A stretch of 64,000 nt of DNA, from positions 1 to 64,000 of IMG/VR virus record IMGVR_UViG_3300044712_000688; one strand, given 5' to 3'. The translations under genes and the position numbers were made by a program. Below the pieces are notes generated by a model. The model ran no database searches and was not told the DNA's origin. It worked only from the letters and a program-made list of their open reading frames with translations. Shown here piece after piece: positions 50,160 through 59,142 of the stretch. The DNA comes from a virus. Numbering within the stretch: position 1 is the first letter of the stretch; every line of letters begins with the position of its first letter.

Positions 50160-50345
50160 CCCGGACTAGACGGATACGCGCAAGAGCTGCGAGCGCGTGA
50201 AGATCGATCTGGACTTTCCACGGATATGTGCCCGGGTCTTAATCAGGATCACGATCACTGGAACTTACCAAAGCTTCGGGGATCGTTAGCTGTGCCCGGG
50301 GCTGATCGATCAGAGAGCAAGGCCGGACCTGGCGAGAGCTGCTAC
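50160..50345. repeat. Polylinker-like linker
   Basis: 7 GATC, 4 AGCT, 4 CCGG and 1 GGCC in about 185 bp. Confidence 0.85.
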
Positions 50346-50423
50346 GAAACTTCCAACGAAGATGTTTGTTTTGTCGCTGATGTGTGCTACTATTTACTTG
50401 TTGCCAAAAGAAGGGAAACGACA

Positions 50424-50711
50424 ATGTGCGACAACTGTGGAAACGACACCCCAAACTTCGCTGAAATGGAGTTGGACGAGAGGGACATTGCTGGCATTGC
50501 TCTTACTGCCATTGGTGTCTTTGTCGAGGACTACTGTAAGCAGGGATACGCTGACCCAAGGATGTATCGCTTGCTGGAACTTGCGACTGAACTTGGTAAG
50601 AAGTTTGGTAGCGAGGGATTGCTGAACTACTTGGAAACCACCAAGATTTACGCTGGTATGACCATTGACCATTTGATTGAGGAACACAACCTAACTGGAG
50701 AGGAGAACTAA
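50424..50711 (+). CDS. Hypothetical protein
   Basis: GAAGGGAAAC RBS. Confidence 0.65.
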   Translation: MCDNCGNDTPNFAEMELDERDIAGIALTAIGVFVEDYCKQGYADPRMYRLLELATELGKKFGSEGLLNYLETTKIYAGMTIDHLIEEHNLTGEEN

Positions 50712-50713
50712 AA

Positions 50714-51571
50714 ATGCCAAACTGGGTTTACAACACCCTGAGCGTTTCAGGTTCAAAGGAAAAGATTGCTGAGTTCAAGGAACTGGCAGGACGCAAAGCA
50801 CCAACTGGATTCGATAGCGAAACTGGCGTGCTGACTTACGATAACAAGGAGGAGGTCTTGTCGTTCTGGAACTTCAAAGAGCCAAAGGACAAGGCTGTTT
50901 ACTTTGGGGCGAGCGACTACAAGCCAGAGGGCTACGACTCTTGGACTATGGAAGAGCGTATGGCTCACTCTATGAAGTTCTCATCTGATGGCTGGTATGA
51001 CTGGAACATTCGTGAGTGGGGCACTAAGTGGGACGCTTGTGATGTGGACTTGAATGACGACAGCGAAACCTCGCTGGGCTACTCGTTCAATACGGCGTGG
51101 AGTATTCCCGAGCCTGTGTTCGTGGCTATGGTTCAGAAGTTCCCGACTTTGGACTTCGAGTTCTGGAGTGAGGAAGAGCAGGGCTGGGGTGCGGAGTTCA
51201 CTTCTTCGGACGGCGACGAGGACGGCGAGCGTTCCTTGATTATGACTAAGGAATGGGACATCCCCGACAGCCACCAAGACTATGTGGACAGGGACAGGGA
51301 GGATTCCTGTAATTGTGCGAGCGACCCTGACGACGACGAGTATTGGTATGACGACTGCCCTCGTCCCGAAAAGGAGTTCGAGGTTGTAGTTCGGCAAGTC
51401 ATTCGCATTACGGCGAAGTCGGCTGAATCGGCGTGGGAGATTGCGAACGGCGTGCTGGAAAACTTCACCAACGCCGAGCAACCAGACGGCGTGCGTATTA
51501 GCGAGGACAGCGTGGCGTGGGTTGAGGAAGACGGAGTGCGTGTCTATCCGACCTTGACCGAGGTTGCCTAA
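50714..51571 (+). CDS. DUF1281/YubB-like phage protein
   Basis: MPNWVYNTL...WYDWNIREWGTKWDA...FNTAWS. Confidence 0.75.
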   Translation: MPNWVYNTLSVSGSKEKIAEFKELAGRKAPTGFDSETGVLTYDNKEEVLSFWNFKEPKDKAVYFGASDYKPEGYDSWTMEERMAHSMKFSSDGWYDWNIREWGTKWDACDVDLNDDSETSLGYSFNTAWSIPEPVFVAMVQKFPTLDFEFWSEEEQGWGAEFTSSDGDEDGERSLIMTKEWDIPDSHQDYVDRDREDSCNCASDPDDDEYWYDDCPRPEKEFEVVVRQVIRITAKSAESAWEIANGVLENFTNAEQPDGVRISEDSVAWVEEDGVRVYPTLTEVA

Positions 51572-51640
51572 CCCCTAACGGACAGAGAACACCAGTGGCG
51601 AGAGAGCTGCTGGTGTTTTTTGTTTGACGGATAGGCGTGC

Positions 51641-51961
51641 GTGGACTACGCTGATCGTATGAAAAATGAAATGCTTTACCGCGAAGCCCTCGGACACATT
51701 GTTCGAGAGGAACGGATCGATCAGGGACTGACTCTACGCCAGGTCGCAGCTCGTGCGAACATCGCACTCGGATACCTAAGCGAGGTCGAGCGCGGACAGA
51801 AAGAGCCGTCCTCTGTAATTGTGGAATGCCTAGCAACCGGACTTGGTCTAAGTACAGGCGAGCTGATTATTCGCGCCGGGATCCTGGTGGGTGGATACAA
51901 CATTCCAGATACTGTCGAAGAGCTGCTGGTCGATCTAGGCCAAAAAACTTTCGCCAAATAG
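51641..51961 (+). CDS. XRE-family HTH regulator, ClgR-like
   Basis: LRQVAARANIALGYLSEVERGQKEPSS. Confidence 0.8.
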   Translation: MDYADRMKNEMLYREALGHIVREERIDQGLTLRQVAARANIALGYLSEVERGQKEPSSVIVECLATGLGLSTGELIIRAGILVGGYNIPDTVEELLVDLGQKTFAK

Positions 51962-52036
51962 TTTGTATTTTCTCTGACTTAGTGTAAACTGGGGGCGTGC
52001 CTGAAAAAGAGTAGGGCGTAGGGAAAGGGAAGTCCA

Positions 52037-52510
52037 ATGGGACTAGATATGTATCTATCTGCTCGCAAGTACGTGAGTGGTTACGATTTCAACAAAGAGC
52101 CAGAAAAGCAGGCGTACGCTGAAGTTCTATCTGCTAGTGGCTTGACCAAGTCAGACTTGGAATATGGGAACCCAAGTGCCAACATCGTGATTAGCGTGGG
52201 GTACTGGCGCAAGGCGAACCAAATCCACAACTGGTTTGTTCAGAATGTTCAGGGTGGGGTTGATGAGTGCCAAAGGGCTTGGGTATCTCGTGAGCAACTG
52301 GCTGAACTTCTTCAGGCGTGCGAAACTGTTTTGGCTGATGCCACGAAGGCCGAAGAGTTGTTGCCACCACAGAGTGGGTTCTTCTTCGGAAGTACTGACC
52401 TTGATGAGTGGTACTACGAAGATGTGAAGTACACCGCCAAAATGCTGAACCACCTTTTGACTTCGGAAAATCTGAAGGAGTACGATTTCGAATACCAATC
52501 CAGTTGGTAG
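52037..52510 (+). CDS. Conserved phage protein (MGLDMYL...YWRKANQIHNWF)
   Basis: Recognisable phage motif set including GFFFGS..YE. Confidence 0.75.
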   Translation: MGLDMYLSARKYVSGYDFNKEPEKQAYAEVLSASGLTKSDLEYGNPSANIVISVGYWRKANQIHNWFVQNVQGGVDECQRAWVSREQLAELLQACETVLADATKAEELLPPQSGFFFGSTDLDEWYYEDVKYTAKMLNHLLTSENLKEYDFEYQSSW

Positions 52511-52748
52511 TCGTTTCCCTAAAAAGCAAGAACCCTCGCCTTCGGGCGGGGGTTCTTGTTTGGCGTGAGCGCAGCTGAACCGGATCAATGGATTACGCGC
52601 TCGCGGTTTGGGTGATCCAGGCTGGGGGCTACCGTCGGAACTTCCAACGAAAAAAATTTCTCGTATGAAGTTGCGTATTATCGGCGTATCCTGCTAAACT
52701 CTAAGGGTGGACGAAAAAGTTCACTTGGAAACTATCAAAGGGAAACAA

Positions 52749-53138
52749 ATGGAAACCGTATCAGTCACTGGTCTAGTAGCAACCACACCTCGCCACATCG
52801 TAACTCAGGACGGCTTGCCGATTACTTCATTCCGTCTCGCGAGTTCTTACCGTCGGTTTGACCTCAACCAAGGCAAGTGGGTGGACGGCGAGACGAATTG
52901 GTTCACCGTCACTTCGTTCAAGCAACTCGCTATCAACGCGTCTCAGTCTGTAAGCAAGGGCGACCGTATCACCGTCACTGGCACTCTTCGCGTTCGCGAC
53001 TGGGACACTGGCGACCGTTCAGGAACTTCGGTTGAACTTGAGGCTACCTCAATGGGACACGACCTCGCTTGGGGAACTTCGGTTTTCACTCGCACCGTTT
53101 TGGTTCGCGAGGTTGAGCCTGAGGAGGAGTTAGTCTAA
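52749..53138 (+). CDS. ssb: Single-stranded DNA-binding protein, short, without DDxPF tip
   Basis: FRLAS..R.FD...W.DGET.WF.V...LA.N...S..KGDR..V.G.L.V. Confidence 0.88.
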   Translation: METVSVTGLVATTPRHIVTQDGLPITSFRLASSYRRFDLNQGKWVDGETNWFTVTSFKQLAINASQSVSKGDRITVTGTLRVRDWDTGDRSGTSVELEATSMGHDLAWGTSVFTRTVLVREVEPEEELV

Positions 53139-53297
53139 CCGCCAACTCAACCCGACAACCTGAGCAAGTTGTAAAACTGCTCGCCACTTATTTCTGGCTG
53201 GTCCAGGCGCGATCGATCTGCAGCTGGAGATCAAGGCTCGAAAAAAAGTTTCTGGCGTGTCGTTGAAAATGTCAGTGGGTGGTGCTACATTTGAAGT

Positions 53298-53504
53298 ATG
53301 TCAAACAGAAAAGAATTCAAGCAGATAGTCAAGGTCGCCGAGTCCAAGGGCTGGGTCGTGACTCTGACTAAGGGGGGACACTTGAAGTGGACTTCGCCAA
53401 CTGGGCAAATAGTTTTTTCCGCGTCCACGCCGTCAGACGGGCGTGCCGTCAAAAACCTAGTGTCGGAACTTCGCCGACACGGAATCACAATCGAGAGGAA
53501 ATAA
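53298..53504 (+). CDS. hicA: HicA-like (dsRBD-fold) toxin homolog, leaderless
   Basis: GW...KGGHLKW..P...TPSD..AVKN...LRRHG. Confidence 0.7.
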   Translation: MSNRKEFKQIVKVAESKGWVVTLTKGGHLKWTSPTGQIVFSASTPSDGRAVKNLVSELRRHGITIERK

Positions 53505-53505
53505 A

Positions 53506-53709
53506 TTGAGCAAGCAGGTATTTTTTGTCATTGGCGTTGATTTAGATGATAAAGAGGTTTTTATCGCAGATGACACTTATTCAGCGCGGTTTAGTGAAGA
53601 TGAGCAAGTTTGGGATACAGACGCAAACGAGTGGATTGAAGATGACGATAGGAAATACTATCTCGATGCGTTAGACCTTTTGAACACGAAGCGTCTAGCA
53701 AAAGACTAG
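53506..53709 (+). CDS. Acidic hypothetical protein
   Basis: GAGG RBS, TTG start. Confidence 0.55.
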   Translation: MSKQVFFVIGVDLDDKEVFIADDTYSARFSEDEQVWDTDANEWIEDDDRKYYLDALDLLNTKRLAKD

Positions 53710-53822
53710 GGGCGCGGCGCTCGCCGGATCGCTGGAAAAAAACTTTCGTTGAAAGTTGCCAAAATGTCGGCATAGTATGCTAAAGTTCTATTAGTTGGGA
53801 AATGCCCAACAGTTAGGGAGAC

Positions 53823-54032
53823 ATGGAACCTCAAGTTCTAACTGACGCACTAGCGTCAATCGCAGATGCCAACTCGAAGTTGGATGCCATTCAACCACTA
53901 TCCGAGGCTGTTTCTAGCCTTATGGTCGTGGCTAACCTTTTGACTGACCTCAAGATGTTTGAGCAGGTCAATTCGGTTCTCGAAGTATCAAACTCACTTC
54001 TGGAAATCGTGAACTCACGCCTAAACGCTTAG
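53823..54032 (+). CDS. Hypothetical helical protein
   Basis: Own promoter, RBS and terminator. Confidence 0.65.
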   Translation: MEPQVLTDALASIADANSKLDAIQPLSEAVSSLMVVANLLTDLKMFEQVNSVLEVSNSLLEIVNSRLNA

Positions 54033-54233
54033 GCTAGGTTCGAGAGCGAACGCTCACCCTTCGGGGTGGGCGTTTTCTCTTTGTCCGGTGAGTGGAGAGC
54101 TGCAACTCAGATCGATCTAACCCTGGCCGGCCGATCCCGAGCTGGTGAAAAGTTTTCTTCGTTGGTTGTTGCGTTTTTTATCAGTTGATGGTAATTTTGT
54201 TGTGTAGCGAGTTGCTACGGAAAGTAGGGAAAA

Positions 54234-54464
54234 TTGAAGTTTTACATTCGCAGGGCAGTTGTTGGAATTATCTCAATTCCATTCGTGGCTGGTGCTTGGT
54301 GCTTTTTCTATTTGTTGTTGTTGCTGGCTGGTGGCGAGAGTAATCAAACCATTACCGAAACTTTTCAGAATGGTATTTTGATTGGAGTTGTTTTGGCATT
54401 GGTTTTCACTTTTGCCCCGCAGGTGAATGCTTTCGTGGAAAAGTTCACTGGCTCACCTGACTAA
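54234..54464 (+). CDS. Two-TM membrane protein
   Basis: Own promoter and terminator. Confidence 0.65.
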   Translation: MKFYIRRAVVGIISIPFVAGAWCFFYLLLLLAGGESNQTITETFQNGILIGVVLALVFTFAPQVNAFVEKFTGSPD

Positions 54465-54667
54465 CATTCGTTCGAAGTCAACCCCGCAGCTCTCGCAGCT
54501 CGTGGGGTTTTCTTCTGCCCTGGCTGGTTGATTGATCGCCGGAGATCCTGCAGCTGAAAAGTTTGAAGATCTTAGGGCTGAAAAAGTCTGGGCGAGTTGT
54601 TGCAAAATGTCAGGGGTCTATGCAATAATTAGGTGTGGTCAAGTTGACCACCTACGAAGGGAAACTA

Positions 54668-55192
54668 ATGGGAACTCGAAACCTAACCGCAGTAATCAAG
54701 AATGGCTCACCTGTAATCGCGCAGTATGGCCAATGGGATGGCTACCCCGAAGGTCAGGGAGCAACTGTCTATGAATTTATCAAGGGCGCTGGCGTTGCGA
54801 AACTTGAAGCGAACTTGGACAAGGCTTACTGGGCAGACGAAGCCGAACTCAAGGCGATTGACTTGAAGTATGCTGGCCCCGATGGCTGGATGACTATGGA
54901 ACAAGCCGAAGCATTTGGCAAGGATTATCCAAGTCTCTCGCGCAACACTTGTGCCGAAATCCTAAGCGTGGTTGCCAACGCAACCGAGCGTGTGCCATTG
55001 GTCAACGAAATGGAATTCTTACAGGACACTCTGTTTTGCGAGTGGGCGTATGTGCTTGACCTTGACGTTCACACTCTCAAGGTCTACGCTGGGTCAACCG
55101 AGCCTTGTGCCGAGTTTGACCTTTACAGTATGCCAAGCACTCTTGCCGAGTTTGTGAAGGGTTGCTACAGCGCGAGCGAGTCTCGCGTCTAG
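54668..55192 (+). CDS. Conserved phage protein (MGTR...Y.QWDGYP family)
   Basis: MGTRNL, QWDGYPEG, EWAYVLDLD. Confidence 0.75.
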   Translation: MGTRNLTAVIKNGSPVIAQYGQWDGYPEGQGATVYEFIKGAGVAKLEANLDKAYWADEAELKAIDLKYAGPDGWMTMEQAEAFGKDYPSLSRNTCAEILSVVANATERVPLVNEMEFLQDTLFCEWAYVLDLDVHTLKVYAGSTEPCAEFDLYSMPSTLAEFVKGCYSASESRV

Positions 55193-55423
55193 TCGCAACA
55201 AAAGAATGCCCCCGCAGAAATGCGGGGGTTTTCTTTTGTCTGGAGATCTTCGAACTAGCTGACCCGCCGGACCGCCTGGACTGCAGCTCGAGAGTGGAAA
55301 ATTTTCGTTACAAATCTGTTACCAAAAAAGTTGCCTCTGGACTTGACTTGCGAAATGTATGCCACTAGGCTTGGTATTACAAGCGAACACAAGGTTGGCT
55401 TGTTTTCTAGGGAAAGGACGAAA

Positions 55424-55723
55424 ATGGCTAAGGCTGTTGTCGTTGATGTTGTGGCACTGATTGACGAACTGATTGAGGTTCGTGAAGCAAAGGCTGAACT
55501 GTCTGCTCGTGAGAGCGTAATCCGCAAGTCGGTTCTTGGAGCGACTGGCAACACTGCTGTTCAGATTGCTGACGAGGCTGGCGTGATTATCGCTGAGGTC
55601 ACTGAGAGCGTTCGCCGTTCAGTCGGGGACTGGGACGAGTTCGAAGCGACCTATCCAGAGGCTTACGAGGCTCTGGTCAAGTTCACTGATGTGCTGACTC
55701 TCAACACTCTCAAAAAGAAGTAA
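55424..55723 (+). CDS. Small coiled-coil protein, paralog of 62149-62451
   Basis: Shared IAEVTESVRRSV.DW.EFEATYPEAYEALVKFTDVLTLNT. Confidence 0.75.
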   Translation: MAKAVVVDVVALIDELIEVREAKAELSARESVIRKSVLGATGNTAVQIADEAGVIIAEVTESVRRSVGDWDEFEATYPEAYEALVKFTDVLTLNTLKKK

Positions 55724-55972
55724 GTCGAGAAATCGCAAACCCCTCAGTCGAGAGACTGGGGGGTTTTGCTTTATCCCGAAATCTGGTCAATCCGCCGGAC
55801 CGCCTGGACTCTCGCCGAGATCGCTGTTCGTTCGTTCGTTCGAAGTTATGAAGCAGCTTAGTGGCAGCTCGTGGCAGCTCGTGAGCGTTACAAATTCGTT
55901 ATCAAAAAATACTTGACACGCTTTGGGTTGGGTAGTATATTTGAAGTTAGAAAGGGAGATAGGGGGTGTGAG

Positions 55973-56029
55973 ATGTGTGAGGACTTTCCTTGCTGTGGCC
56001 ATGACCATGGCGACTGCCCAAGACGGTAG
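55973..56029 (+). CDS. 18-aa Cys/His micropeptide (MCEDFPCCGHDHGDCPRR)
   Basis: Only ORF between promoter TTGACA-17-TATATT (55913) and terminator (about 56036-56068). Confidence 0.55.
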   Translation: MCEDFPCCGHDHGDCPRR

Positions 56030-56189
56030 TTGATAAAGAGCCCTGGCTTCGGCCAGGGTTTCTTTTTGCCCGGACCGGACCGGAGCTGATCTTGCAGCTT
56101 GTCAATCTGCCAGAAATTCCGTTATCTTTTTGTTATGGAAATTTGTACAAACTGACTTGCGCTAAGTGGCAAAGTGTGGTTTACTATTA

Positions 56190-56372
56190 CTAACAATTCA
56201 ATAGTGTTCTTAGTCGCAACATCTAATGGCTATGGATTACCAACTTGGGCTTGATACTAGTAAGAGTCGCTCGTTTGTAAATACGGTTTCAGATTTCCCT
56301 TCGACAAGAAATGAGAATTGGTCTCTGCAGAGACAGAACCCCCTAGGCGACGGTCTGGGGGGTTTTCTCATT
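56190..56372 (+). ncRNA. Candidate small RNA: unit with promoter and terminator but no RBS-led ORF
   Basis: TTGCGC at 56157 and TACTAT at 56182; terminator at about 56335-56372; shares ACTTGGGCTTGA...CGCTCG with the 58501 element. Confidence 0.5.
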
Positions 56373-56521
56373 TCTGGGGTGGTCGATCCGGCGTGATGCG
56401 TTTCGATCGGATTCAAAGCTGCAGCTCGCCAGGGCCGGATCGATCGACACGCAGCGAAAACATTCGTTGAAAGTTTTCCTTATGTATGGTAAGTTTGTAG
56501 TGGATAGAAAGGGGTAGCCAA

Positions 56522-56839
56522 ATGGCTCGAATTCCAAATTACAAGATTGAAGAAAAACTGAAGAACTTTGAAAGTTTTGAGAACTACAACCGAACCATTA
56601 CCGCGGTTCGTGACGGTTCTCGCTATTCGATTGTTCACTGGAACACACCGATTCTTGAGTATGACGTGGACAAGTCTGAGATTGTCATGTTTCGCAGTTA
56701 CCACATTTCTCAAACAACTAGCACGCTGGTCGGCCGTATCTTGCGCTCGCTACCGCCCGAAGTTGTGCTTGAGATGTCGCGCAAGTTTTCGGAGCGCCGA
56801 GAGCAGTATCGCATTTTGAAAATGGCTCGCTTGATTTGA
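56522..56839 (+). CDS. Hypothetical protein
   Basis: GAAAGGGG RBS; SQTTS motif; own terminator. Confidence 0.65.
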   Translation: MARIPNYKIEEKLKNFESFENYNRTITAVRDGSRYSIVHWNTPILEYDVDKSEIVMFRSYHISQTTSTLVGRILRSLPPEVVLEMSRKFSERREQYRILKMARLI

Positions 56840-57031
56840 AAGTGAGCAAACCGGAACCCCGCCCAAGTGGCGGGGTTTTGTTTTGATCGGATCTAGTGCC
56901 GAGAGCTCGCCCCGGGTTCGCAGCTGATCGATCTGAAGACACGAAAGAAAATGTTCGTTGGAAGTTGCGTGTTGTTTCGAAATGCGGTATCTTTTTATTA
57001 GGCGAAAACGCCTAAACGAAAGGGAAACGAA

Positions 57032-57349
57032 ATGGCAATGACCAAGAGAACAGCACACCTTTTGACTAGTGACTTTTGCCTAAAGGGTCACGACATTCGG
57101 GATAAAGAAGTTGCTCTCACTAGACACAATAGGCGCAACGGTGACGGCGAAATTGTTGGCGTGACGATTAGGTGTCGTGTCTGCTGGAACGATACCAGTA
57201 GGGAGCAGATGTATAAATTCAGGAAAACCGCTGGAACACCTGCTCTACAAATCAAGCGCTTACTAATCAAGCACCCAGAACTCGCACCTGCTCTACTGGA
57301 ACACGCTAAAAACCTGCTGTTGGCGCAGGCTATGAGCGTCAAGTCTTAG
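57032..57349 (+). CDS. Basic protein with C-x2-GH...C-x2-C finger
   Basis: CLKGH...CRVC. Confidence 0.65.
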   Translation: MAMTKRTAHLLTSDFCLKGHDIRDKEVALTRHNRRNGDGEIVGVTIRCRVCWNDTSREQMYKFRKTAGTPALQIKRLLIKHPELAPALLEHAKNLLLAQAMSVKS

Positions 57350-57396
57350 CAACTATCTCTGTAACAACTACCAACCAAAAACGAAAGGGAAACAAA

Positions 57397-57777
57397 ATGG
57401 CAAACTTTGATTTGATCGAGGAACGCGTTGAAGACGCAAAGGCAATTGCTTGGGACACTTGCCACAAGATTTATGTTCTTATGGATGATGAACAAGTCTC
57501 ACTTATGCGTAAGTATGAGTATGACCCGATTATCACCAAAGACGAAATGACCGCAACTGAAATGGCAGAGACTATCAAGAAGTGGTATGACGAAAGTTGT
57601 GGTTTGCGTTTCGTGAGCGCGGTCTCAACTATGCCCGAAGGTCAAGACGCTAACGAAGGTTTCGAAACCCTAATCGGGCAATTCGAAGAAGACGATTGTG
57701 AAGATTGTGGTGAGCGCGGTTGCGCTGGTGTCTGTAATGACTACGAAGACGAAGACGAAGAAGAAGAAGAAGACTAG
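57397..57777 (+). CDS. Acidic phage protein
   Basis: AIAWDTCHKIY, WYDESCGLRF, acidic tail. Confidence 0.7.
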   Translation: MANFDLIEERVEDAKAIAWDTCHKIYVLMDDEQVSLMRKYEYDPIITKDEMTATEMAETIKKWYDESCGLRFVSAVSTMPEGQDANEGFETLIGQFEEDDCEDCGERGCAGVCNDYEDEDEEEEED

Positions 57778-57934
57778 GGGGTGAGCTAAGCTTCGGCCGC
57801 GCTCGCGGATCGAAGTGGTCGCCCTGGTCGATCGATCGCCGGACACGAAAATAATCTTCGTTAGAAGTTGCGCTAACAACCAAAATACAGTATCTTTGTA
57901 GTAGGCAAATTGCCTAGAAAGTAGGGAAAGAAAA

Positions 57935-58144
57935 ATGAGTTTCGGAGAGCCGAAGTATCCAGATGTTCAGGTTCAGTTGGTCGGGGAAGACGGAAACGCT
58001 TTCGCGATTATGGGGCGTGTGGCTAGCGCACTAAAGAGCGCAGGTGTGTCTCAGTCTGAGATTGACGAATACTATGCCGAGAGCACAAGTGGCGATTATG
58101 ACCACTTGCTACGCACCGCAGTCAAATGGGTGGCGGTGGCATAA
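57935..58144 (+). CDS. Conserved small phage protein
   Basis: VQLVGEDGNAFAIMGRV...SGDYDHLL. Confidence 0.75.
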   Translation: MSFGEPKYPDVQVQLVGEDGNAFAIMGRVASALKSAGVSQSEIDEYYAESTSGDYDHLLRTAVKWVAVA

Positions 58145-58491
58145 TGGGAGACCGCTCGCTGATTCAGATTGAGAGCAAGTCTTTCAAGACCCCGATTACC
58201 CTTTATGGACACTGGTCGGGTGGAGATAACCTAATCGCTGTTCGCAATGTGCTGACTCGCACTGACCGAATCGGAGACCCAAATTACCTAACCGCGCAGC
58301 TGTTCTATGAGTTCGCGGTGGCTTTGGGTGGCTACGCCGGAGAGTTGTCTTTCGGGATTGACGCCTATGGTGCTAGCGAGAGCGATGTCTGGGTTGATAA
58401 CGACACAGTGGTTGTGAACGCCGACACTGGAGAGTATTCAGTCGGTGGAGAATTGTTTACCGAATTTGCGAAAGTCGCAGATAGCGTGTAA
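58144..58491 (+). CDS. MGDRS...LYGHW family protein (related to 54668-55192)
   Basis: Shared N-terminal pattern. Confidence 0.65.
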   Translation: MGDRSLIQIESKSFKTPITLYGHWSGGDNLIAVRNVLTRTDRIGDPNYLTAQLFYEFAVALGGYAGELSFGIDAYGASESDVWVDNDTVVVNADTGEYSVGGELFTEFAKVADSV

Positions 58492-58494
58492 ACT
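58466..58494 (+). promoter_or_regulatory. Promoter TTGCGA-17-TAAACT in the end of the upstream gene
   Basis: Matches the array promoter pattern; positioned to drive the 58501-58612 RNA. Confidence 0.65.
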
Positions 58495-58500
58495 GATAGA

Positions 58501-58612
58501 AGTCACTTGGGCTTGAGATTACTCGCTCGGGTGATTATGCGGAAGGAGTTATCCCCCTTTCACCTTCCGCAAAGAGAGCGGTAGCAATTCCCCCCAATTG
58601 CTACCGTTTTTC
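58501..58612 (+). ncRNA. Candidate sRNA: three hairpins, two with C5 loops (6C-RNA-like)
   Basis: TCACTTGGG/CTCGGGTGA; GCGGAAGG/CCTTCCGC around TATCCCCCTTTC; CGGTAGCAATT-CCCCC-AATTGCTACCG-T tract. Confidence 0.65.
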
Positions 58613-58617
58613 TTTTG

Positions 58618-58705
58618 TCTGGATTAGGGCCGCGCTCGCGGTGATCGATCAGAGCTGCACCCTGGCCGGACCGGAGCTTGCCGGGATCGAAACGCGCTCG
58701 CGGAA
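58618..58705. repeat. Polylinker-like linker
   Basis: 3 GATC, 2 AGCT, 3 CCGG, 2 GGCC and GAATTC in about 90 bp. Confidence 0.85.
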
Positions 58706-58774
58706 TTCGTTTGAAGTTGCTTGCTTTTCTTGTTGTTGTGGAGTAACCTGTTGGTATCCAAAGAAAGGGAAACA

Positions 58775-58915
58775 ATGGAAACCAAAGAGATTACCGAGTG
58801 CTACAAATGCCAAACCGAGATTGAAGCATTCGTTGGGCAAGTTCATCCGTTGTGTGATGAGTGTCAAGAAAGTTTTGACGATTGGTTCGCACAACAATTG
58901 CGGATGTTCAAGTAA
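58775..58915 (+). CDS. 46-aa zinc-ribbon-like protein
   Basis: CYKC...CDEC; consensus RBS. Confidence 0.6.
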   Translation: METKEITECYKCQTEIEAFVGQVHPLCDECQESFDDWFAQQLRMFK

Positions 58916-58992
58916 TCGCACGACACGACTAACCTAGTTGCGTGTTTGAGCAAACTAGGCTAATCTGGAATTACCTAGAAAGGGGAAACGAA

Positions 58993-59142
58993 ATGGCAAA
59001 GCAAGACACGATTTGGATTGGTTGCTGGGATTGTGGTAAGACTATTGAAGTGCCTTGGATTGGGGACTATTCAAGTCGCCAGATTTGTGCCGAGTGTAAA
59101 GCAGAAAGGGCTGAAAAATGGGCAGTAATCTCGAAGGGCTAA
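58993..59142 (+). CDS. 49-aa zinc-ribbon-like protein
   Basis: CWDC...CAEC; consensus RBS. Confidence 0.6.
   Translation: MAKQDTIWIGCWDCGKTIEVPWIGDYSSRQICAECKAERAEKWAVISKG

Noticed and set aside
48021-50345. Cloning-vector polylinker contamination
   Set aside because: Site order does not match a vector MCS as I know it; about 20 different versions occur in register with native promoters and terminators.
50157-50423. N-terminal extensions in the ORF track running through linkers or promoters (also starts at 48215, 54635, 55331, 58721)
   Set aside because: Consensus or strong RBSs mark downstream starts at 50424, 48245, 54668, 55424 and 58775.
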